The position numbers and the translations under genes are program-made. The notes beneath the pieces are model-generated. The model was not told the origin of the DNA, did not search any database, and worked only from the letters and a program-made list of their open reading frames with translations. A stretch of DNA of 64,000 bases from Bacteroides sp. CAG:927. GTDB taxonomy: Bacteria > Bacteroidota > Bacteroidia > Bacteroidales > Muribaculaceae. Positions 57,941 to 64,000 of the stretch are shown here, piece by piece (position 1 is the first letter of the stretch; each line of letters starts with the position of its first letter). The stretch spans positions 20,262 through 84,261 of the forward strand of contig HF985638.1 of NCBI GenBank assembly GCA_000431155.1. Reading direction: 5' to 3'.

Positions 57941-59641
57941 ATGAACATATCGGACCTGCTACGACGACATTCCACCCTTATAGTGCTGATTCTATTGGCA
58001 TTGACATTCCTGCCATGGCTCGGAATGTCTCTTTTCAACACCAAGGGCGAACCACGCGAGGCCATTGTGGCCGTATCTATGCTCCAGACCGGCAATTGGA
58101 TTCTGCCCGAGAGTTTTGGCGGTGACATACCCTACAAACCACCCTTTTTGGCTTGGTGCATAGCCCTCTTGTCGCTCCTTACAGGCTCGGTGTCGGAGTT
58201 CACCTCACGCCTGCCAAGCGCCATTGCGGTCATAGCCATGGGTGTGGCCACCTACAAGTTTTTCAAACGGCACTCCGGCTCCCGACGCCGGGGAGGCATG
58301 ACAGCCCTCATCATGGCAAGCTGCATCGAAGTGTGGCGCGCAGGAATGGCCTGCCGCGTGGACATGGTGCTTACCGCATGCATGGTGGGAGCGCTTTATT
58401 CCCTCTACAACTACCGCCACCGTGGTAGCCGGGGACTCCCTTGGACCGCCATTGTATTAATGACCATGGGCATGCTCACCAAAGGACCGGTGGCTATATT
58501 GCTGCCGTGCCTCTGTTTGGGAATATACGGCCTGATGCGCGGCGACAGATTTCTGCCTCTTTTTGGCAAAATGGTGGCCTCGGGCATACTTGCACTCATC
58601 ATCCCGGCTATATGGTACATCGCCGCATGGCACATGGGCGGTCAGGAATTTTTTGACCTTGCTTGGGAAGAAAACTTCGGCCGCCTCACCGGCACCATGA
58701 GCTATGAATCGCATGTCAACCCTTGGTGGTACAACATTGTGACCCTGATTGCCGGATGGCTTCCATACACGCTGCTCGCACTCCTTGCTTTGTTCGTGGC
58801 AAGGTGGAAAGTCCTTGCCCACGCCTCTTGGATCGGCGACAGCTGGACAAGAATGCGCCGCATGCACCCCGCCACCCTCTACTCCACTGTGTGCGCCGCC
58901 GTAATCTTCATTTTCTACTGCATCCCCTCAAGCAAGCGCAGCGTTTATCTCCTGCCGATGTATCCGTTCATGGCCTACATGCTCACGCTACTCGTGCTGT
59001 GGTTGGCCAACGGATCTCTCGCCGCTCGCCGCCTCCTCAAAACCTACTGCGGCATCATAGCGGCCCTTGCCGTAATTGTGCCTGCGCTTCTCTTATACGC
59101 CCGCTACCGGGGCGATATGCCGTTGGCACACGGCCCTATGGCCTCACTGTTGGCACAGATTCCCCACGGGGTTGTGGCATGGGGCCTCCTCCTCACATGC
59201 ATGGCCTGCGGATTGCAGACATTGTATCTGCTGCTATGCCGCAAGCCCTTGTTCTGCTTCAATGCAGCAGTGACCACCACCCTCGTCATGCTCTGGTTCA
59301 CCGCCGGAGGCGTGCTTCCGGTGGTGCTCGGAGCCAAAAGCGACCGCCCTGTGGCTCAGGCCGTGGACAGCATTGTGCCACGCAACAGCATCGTTTACTC
59401 TTGGGTGGGCACCGACATGCTACGCTACTATACCATCAATTTCTATCTTGATGACCGTCTGAGAGTGCTCGACACAGCCCGACTCCCACGGTCGGGATAC
59501 CTCCTCATTGGTGAAACCGACATAGCATCCATCCGCCCGCAACTCATCGCCCGGGGCTACAACGTGACCCAACTGCTTGACTCACACCACCGCAGCTGCG
59601 ACACACGCCAAACCGTATTGCTGTTCCAATTCTCAAAATAG
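57941..59641 (+). CDS. GT39/GT83-family (ArnT/PMT-like) membrane glycosyltransferase
   Basis: Polytopic membrane protein with the N-terminal loop typical of ArnT-like transferases. Confidence 0.65.
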   Translation: MNISDLLRRHSTLIVLILLALTFLPWLGMSLFNTKGEPREAIVAVSMLQTGNWILPESFGGDIPYKPPFLAWCIALLSLLTGSVSEFTSRLPSAIAVIAMGVATYKFFKRHSGSRRRGGMTALIMASCIEVWRAGMACRVDMVLTACMVGALYSLYNYRHRGSRGLPWTAIVLMTMGMLTKGPVAILLPCLCLGIYGLMRGDRFLPLFGKMVASGILALIIPAIWYIAAWHMGGQEFFDLAWEENFGRLTGTMSYESHVNPWWYNIVTLIAGWLPYTLLALLALFVARWKVLAHASWIGDSWTRMRRMHPATLYSTVCAAVIFIFYCIPSSKRSVYLLPMYPFMAYMLTLLVLWLANGSLAARRLLKTYCGIIAALAVIVPALLLYARYRGDMPLAHGPMASLLAQIPHGVVAWGLLLTCMACGLQTLYLLLCRKPLFCFNAAVTTTLVMLWFTAGGVLPVVLGAKSDRPVAQAVDSIVPRNSIVYSWVGTDMLRYYTINFYLDDRLRVLDTARLPRSGYLLIGETDIASIRPQLIARGYNVTQLLDSHHRSCDTRQTVLLFQFSK

Positions 59642-59665
59642 CACCACATTGCTGCATCAAACACA

Positions 59666-59697
59666 AAGGGCGGAGCACTCATGCGCTCCGCCCTTGC
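59666..59697 (+). terminator. terminator hairpin after the GT39 gene
   Basis: agggcggagc-actcat-gcgctccgccct. Confidence 0.45.
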
Positions 59698-60111
59698 CGT
59701 TTCAACTATTTATTTATGAGAGCCTTAATCTCCAGTAATCTCTACTCGACAATTAAGGACGAGGGATGTAGGGTCCTTTTTTCTAAACTACACCTATAAA
59801 ACAATATGTCGTGGCCTAAAGTCGCATTCACATTCACTAAAAGTGATTAAAAGATGTGAACCCGACAAATCGTCAAACAGCAACATTCTCACCACCAACG
59901 CATTTTTAACCAATTTTTTGGTTATTCACGATTTAATCACTATATCGCACCCGAAATCTGATACCACTTTCTTATAACCAACCACTACCACCTTATGCGA
60001 ATACTGCTCTCCATCCTGCTTGTCAATGTAGCGGAGTCCTGACGGCATCGCTAATGGTGAACGGATATCCTGTTTCAAACGTAAAAATGTACATTCCAAA
60101 TTAAAATCATC

Positions 60112-61371
60112 ATGAAAAGAATAACCGCATTAATAATTGCCCTGCCGGCCATATCGTTCACCAGCAAAGCAGAGGTTGGCGACAAAATAGAGATTGACGG
60201 CATAGGATATGAAATAGTGGAATATGTGGATGTTACTCCAAATCCCCCATATTTATACCCGATAAGAACAGATGTGATTTGGGCGAGTGTGAGTGAAGTA
60301 AAGCATATCCCTGACAACGGTGTTATAACCATACCGCCGACCATATCAATAAACGGTGACACCTATGATGTAGTGGTTCTTAACGAATCTCTGTTTGAAG
60401 GGCGCGAGGGACTTAAGGAGTTCAACATGTCTTCTCCAAAATGCGTGATAAGTGCCAAGACTTTCAAAGATTGCGGTGATATGGTCTTGAACATATCCGG
60501 TATAATAGAAAGTGTGGGCGAGTATGCCTTTGCAGGAACAAATGTGAAAAACGGACTTGACCTTTCAAAAGCCGTTACACTAAATCACTTCGCTCTTTCC
60601 GGAACCAAAACAACGGCATGCACCTTCGGTACATGGTTATGGGAAATCGGAGTTCACATGTTTGACGAATCTGAAATCACAGACCTTCGGTTCATAGAAA
60701 ACGATTGCGACTATGATATTATACTAAATTTCGGAGCACGCACATTCTTCAACTGTAAGATTAAGGAAGTGCGCTTGCCGAAAAGATATATGGGAATTCC
60801 TTGGGGTATGTTCAACAGCCATCCCTCGCTTGAGTGCATTATATTTCCGGATATTGAAAAACTGCGTCCTCTTGCATCTCGCTATCCCAACTATACCTGC
60901 AGCGAATGCACCCCTTATTACGATGAGCAATGCAAGATTCACAACTGCCCGAATCTCAAAGAAGTAGTGTGTCTTTCTCCGGATCCGGTACCGTTCCGAT
61001 ATTACAGCGAGGCAGAAGAAATATGCACCGATGTCACTATTCTTGATGATTTCAGCAGTTGCGTGCTGAAAGTGCCGGCCGGGAGCGAGGATGCCTACAG
61101 GGCCGACCCGGTGTGGGGTAAATTCAAATATATTGAAGGGTTCCAGCCGGGAGAGTATGCCGGAGTAGAAAGCGTAAGCGCGACACAGAATGTCGATGAA
61201 TGCACCTCACTGAAAGTGACCGTAGGCTCGGACGGATTGACTCAGGAACTTCCCGAGGGTAAAATAGAGATTTTCAACGCCACGGGGCAAAAGCTCCACA
61301 CTATCAATCACCCCGGCGGCACATTCCATATTGACCTCTCCGCCGGTCTCTACATCATCCATCTCAAATAA
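60112..61371 (+). CDS. leucine-rich-repeat (BspA-like) surface protein with a T9SS C-terminal sorting domain
   Basis: Signal peptide, LRR-like repeats and a C-terminal Por-secretion tail (IEIFNATGQKLHTINHPGGTFHIDLSAGLYIIHLK). Confidence 0.6.
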   Translation: MKRITALIIALPAISFTSKAEVGDKIEIDGIGYEIVEYVDVTPNPPYLYPIRTDVIWASVSEVKHIPDNGVITIPPTISINGDTYDVVVLNESLFEGREGLKEFNMSSPKCVISAKTFKDCGDMVLNISGIIESVGEYAFAGTNVKNGLDLSKAVTLNHFALSGTKTTACTFGTWLWEIGVHMFDESEITDLRFIENDCDYDIILNFGARTFFNCKIKEVRLPKRYMGIPWGMFNSHPSLECIIFPDIEKLRPLASRYPNYTCSECTPYYDEQCKIHNCPNLKEVVCLSPDPVPFRYYSEAEEICTDVTILDDFSSCVLKVPAGSEDAYRADPVWGKFKYIEGFQPGEYAGVESVSATQNVDECTSLKVTVGSDGLTQELPEGKIEIFNATGQKLHTINHPGGTFHIDLSAGLYIIHLK

Positions 61372-61399
61372 CCCGCTTGAGGAAAAGCACAAAGACCGC

Positions 61400-61440
61400 G
61401 TCCATCAAAACCCGATGGCGCGGTCTTTATTTTTGCTGTT
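61400..61440. terminator. bidirectional terminator between the LRR gene and ychF
   Basis: aaagaccgcg...gcgcggtcttt followed by atttttg. Confidence 0.5.
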
Positions 61441-61452
61441 GATTCCTTGAAT

Positions 61453-62556
61453 TTATACGTTGAAAAGGAAGTGCATTATGTCACCGTCCTGCACCACGTA
61501 TTCCTTGCCCTCAATATTCATTTTTCCGGCCTGACGCACCGCAGCTTCCGAGCCAAGCTCCACATAATCCTGATATTTTATTACCTCGGCGCGAATAAAT
61601 CCTTTCTCAAAATCAGTATGGATAATGCCGGCACATTTGGGAGCCTTGCTGCCGCGCAGGAAAGTCCATGCGCGCACCTCATCAGCACCGGCTGTGAAAA
61701 ATGTCTGAAGATCAAGCAGCGAATAGGCGGCGCGTATCAAACGCGATACACCGCTCTCCTCCAGTCCGATCTCGGCCAGAAACATCTGTCGGTCCTCAAA
61801 GGTGTCAAGCTCGGCAATCTCTGCTTCGGTTTGTGCCGCAACCACCAGTATCTGCGCATTTTCTTCGGCGGTAGCCTTGCGCACAGCCTCTACATAAGCA
61901 TTGCCCGTAGCGGCGGAAGCATCATCCACATTGCACACATACAGCACCGGTTTGTTGGTGAGCAGGAACAGGTCGCGGGCATATTTCTGCTCGTCCACAG
62001 TGTCAAATTCCACCGAACGGGCCGGCTTGCCCTGCTCCAGCGCCTCCTTGTATTTGGCAAGCACCTCATATTGCATTTTCGCAATCTTGTCGCCTCCGGT
62101 CTGAGCCTGCTTCTGCGTCTTGGCTATGCGGCTATCCACGGTTTCAAGGTCCTTGATAAGAAGCTCGTAGTCTATGATTTCCTTGTCGCGAACGGGATCC
62201 ACCGAACCGTCCACATGGGTTATATTGTCGTCGTCAAAACAGCGGAGCACATGTATTATGGCATCTGTTTCACGTATATTTGCCAGAAACTTGTTGCCAA
62301 GGCCCTCGCCCTTGCTTGCCCCTTTCACCAGACCGGCTATATCCACAATCTCCACTGTGGCCGGCACCACGCTGCGCGGATTGCACATTTCCACAAGGGT
62401 GGTGAGACGGTCATCGGGCACGGTGATTACGCCTACATTAGGTTCAATGGTGCAGAACGGGAAATTGGCCGACTGTGCCTTGGCATTTGACAGACAGTTG
62501 AAAAGAGTGGATTTGCCCACATTGGGTAGACCCACAATACCACATTGAAGTGCCAT
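61453..62556 (-). CDS. ychF: redox-regulated ATPase YchF (Obg-family GTPase)
   Basis: G1 motif [12 protein letters not shown], a TGS-like C-terminus, 367 aa. Confidence 0.9.
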   Translation of the reverse strand: MALQCGIVGLPNVGKSTLFNCLSNAKAQSANFPFCTIEPNVGVITVPDDRLTTLVEMCNPRSVVPATVEIVDIAGLVKGASKGEGLGNKFLANIRETDAIIHVLRCFDDDNITHVDGSVDPVRDKEIIDYELLIKDLETVDSRIAKTQKQAQTGGDKIAKMQYEVLAKYKEALEQGKPARSVEFDTVDEQKYARDLFLLTNKPVLYVCNVDDASAATGNAYVEAVRKATAEENAQILVVAAQTEAEIAELDTFEDRQMFLAEIGLEESGVSRLIRAAYSLLDLQTFFTAGADEVRAWTFLRGSKAPKCAGIIHTDFEKGFIRAEVIKYQDYVELGSEAAVRQAGKMNIEGKEYVVQDGDIMHFLFNV

Positions 62557-62684
62557 ATCTTATATTATTTGTTTGCTAAGCGGTTTATGAGCCGCAAAGT
62601 TACGCAAATTTCCGCACACACGCAATTCCGGGTCAGGTCACATCGCCACCAACCCGGAATTTTGCCAATACAAAATTTTTACTG

Positions 62685-63560
62685 TCAGATACGGTCAAGC
62701 ACAGTGCCTATGAGATCGCGTACCGCCGTCTTATAGTTGGGAGTTGCATCATGGCGCATGCGGTTGGCTATGATCGAGCACACTGTCATGGCCTTATGGC
62801 CCATAAGCCTTGCAAGACCCTGCAAAGGAGCACTCTCCATCTCATAGTTGGTCACCTTGCGACCTTTGTGGCGAAACTCCTCTATGCGGTGATTGAGGTC
62901 GGGATTGGCAAGCGGCAGACGCAACTCGCGTCCCTGCGGTCCGTAAAATCCCACCGCCGATATTGTCACGCCGCGCACCATATCGTCACGACCTATCAGG
63001 TTCACGAGATGCTCGTCCGAATCCACCACATACGGCTTGGCCCACAGCGGGTTCCAATCCACATGACTACAGAAATCATGCTCAAACTCAAGGTCGGACA
63101 CATCGTTGCGCCCGGCGTAATAGTTGAGCACTCCGTCAAACCCTATTGACTTCTCGGCTATGACCGGAGTGCCAAGCTTCAATTCGGGCTGAAGTGCACC
63201 GCTTGTGCCTATGCGCACCATGTGCAGGGTACGGTGGTCGGGGCGCACCTCACGGGTGGCAAAGTCAATATTGGCAAGAGCATCAAGCTCATTGATCACA
63301 ATATCTATGTTGTCGGGTCCTATGCCGTGGCTCAGGCACATTATGGGCTTGCCCTGATATGTGCCGCCGATGGTATGGAACTCGCGGCTCTGCACCTCAA
63401 ATGTGCGCGTGTCAAAAAATTCCGCCACCATGTTCACTCTCGCGGGGTCCCCCACCAGTATAATGCGGTCGGTGAGCTGCTCGGGCAGCAAATGGAGATG
63501 AAACACCGACCCGTCGGGGTTGATGATAAGCTCTGATGATGCTATGATTTTCTTTTCCAT
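62685..63560 (-). CDS. nucleoside phosphorylase (PNP/UDP phosphorylase family 1)
   Basis: Phosphorylase-family segments (GDPARV, RIGTSGAL, YEMESAPL). Start probably MEKKIIASS at 63560. Confidence 0.55.
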   Translation of the reverse strand: MEKKIIASSELIINPDGSVFHLHLLPEQLTDRIILVGDPARVNMVAEFFDTRTFEVQSREFHTIGGTYQGKPIMCLSHGIGPDNIDIVINELDALANIDFATREVRPDHRTLHMVRIGTSGALQPELKLGTPVIAEKSIGFDGVLNYYAGRNDVSDLEFEHDFCSHVDWNPLWAKPYVVDSDEHLVNLIGRDDMVRGVTISAVGFYGPQGRELRLPLANPDLNHRIEEFRHKGRKVTNYEMESAPLQGLARLMGHKAMTVCSIIANRMRHDATPNYKTAVRDLIGTVLDRI

Positions 63561-63610
63561 AATGGATTCACTTGATTTTGGTAATATAACAATTTTACAG
63601 GCACAAAAGG

Positions 63611-64000
63611 TCACGGCACAGCCTTACGGTACGTGCCGCCCGGAAATGCTGTTACCAATCCCTGAAACTCCAGCTCTATAAGGGCCGACATAAGTCTGCC
63701 CACCGGTATGTCAAGCTCAACCGACAGTCGGTTGAGCTGCGCTTCACCGTGCTCGCCCAGATACCGCGCCACCGCCTCTTGGTCGGGCGACAGCGACGGA
63801 AACAGGCTCTGCTGTGCGTCGGCATTGACACGCTGCTCCTTCAATGGCCAGTTCATATCCTCGATTATATCGTCCACATCCTGCACCAGCTTGGCCACGC
63901 ACAGGGTTATGAGGCGGTTGCACCCTTGGCTGTAAGTGTCGGATATACGCCCCGGAAGCGCGAACACATCGCGGCAATACCCCGATGCTATTTTTGCCGT
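63611..64000 (-). CDS. dprA: DNA processing protein DprA, C-terminal part (gene continues beyond the window end)
   Basis: DprA Rossmann-domain tail (ALPGRISDTYSQGCNRLI) and a C-terminal winged helix (LMSALIELEFQGLV). The reading frame stays open to the window edge. Confidence 0.55.
   Translation of the reverse strand, partial: TAKIASGYCRDVFALPGRISDTYSQGCNRLITLCVAKLVQDVDDIIEDMNWPLKEQRVNADAQQSLFPSLSPDQEAVARYLGEHGEAQLNRLSVELDIPVGRLMSALIELEFQGLVTAFPGGTYRKAVP

Noticed and set aside
61447-62490. 347-aa plus-strand ORF antisense to ychF
   Set aside because: ychF is unambiguous (G1 motif). The antisense translation has no features.

Overview
The window appears to be Bacteroidota (Bacteroidales-type) DNA. 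This rests on genes lacking Shine-Dalgarno sequences, TAnnTTTG-type promoter boxes, a protein with a type IX secretion C-terminal sorting domain, and pssA/psd/waaA. Positions 1 to about 49.5 kb are the larger part of a CTnDOT-family conjugative transposon (ICE); its far end lies upstream of the window. From the window start inward it contains: pcfJ-like and small conserved genes; a complete traA-traQ conjugation operon on the minus strand with a lysozyme-like gene; a candidate oriT region with direct repeats; mobA, a relaxase (mobB) and a coupling protein (mobC, apparently frameshifted); a 2013-aa fusion of an N6-adenine methyltransferase, a MutS mismatch-binding domain and an SNF2 helicase; and an AT-rich accessory island with three AraC regulators, a sugar O-acetyltransferase and a redox/hydrolase cassette. 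A higher-GC paralogous cassette follows (flavodoxin, alpha/beta hydrolase, cyclophilin-like protein, Fe-alcohol dehydrogenase, FMN reductase, aldo/keto reductase, flavin reductase). Next come an orphan RteB-like NtrC-family regulator with no rteA/tetQ, an HTH protein, a DUF3945 protein, an Exc-like type IA topoisomerase whose catalytic Tyr is replaced by Ser, two Xis-like genes and an IntDOT-like tyrosine integrase. Downstream of the integrase is a region with arm-site-like repeats, then tRNA-Lys(TTT). Positions 49.6-64 kb are ordinary chromosome (DUF2461, pssA, psd, waaA/kdtA, gltX, a YegS-like lipid kinase, a GT39/ArnT-like protein, an LRR/T9SS surface protein, ychF, a nucleoside phosphorylase and a partial dprA). 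This stretch also carries a roughly 300-bp element bounded by inverted repeats. The findings most worth a second look are the MTase-MutS-helicase fusion, the Tyr-less Exc-like topoisomerase, and the duplicated AraC-controlled redox cargo with a three-fold repeated operator at fixed spacing from the promoter -7 box. A fourth is a motif of about 16 nt (CACCAYTAAAYCCACA-like) that recurs just upstream of the start codons of about ten ICE genes. All calls are from reading the sequence and from remembered family features; no database searches were run.
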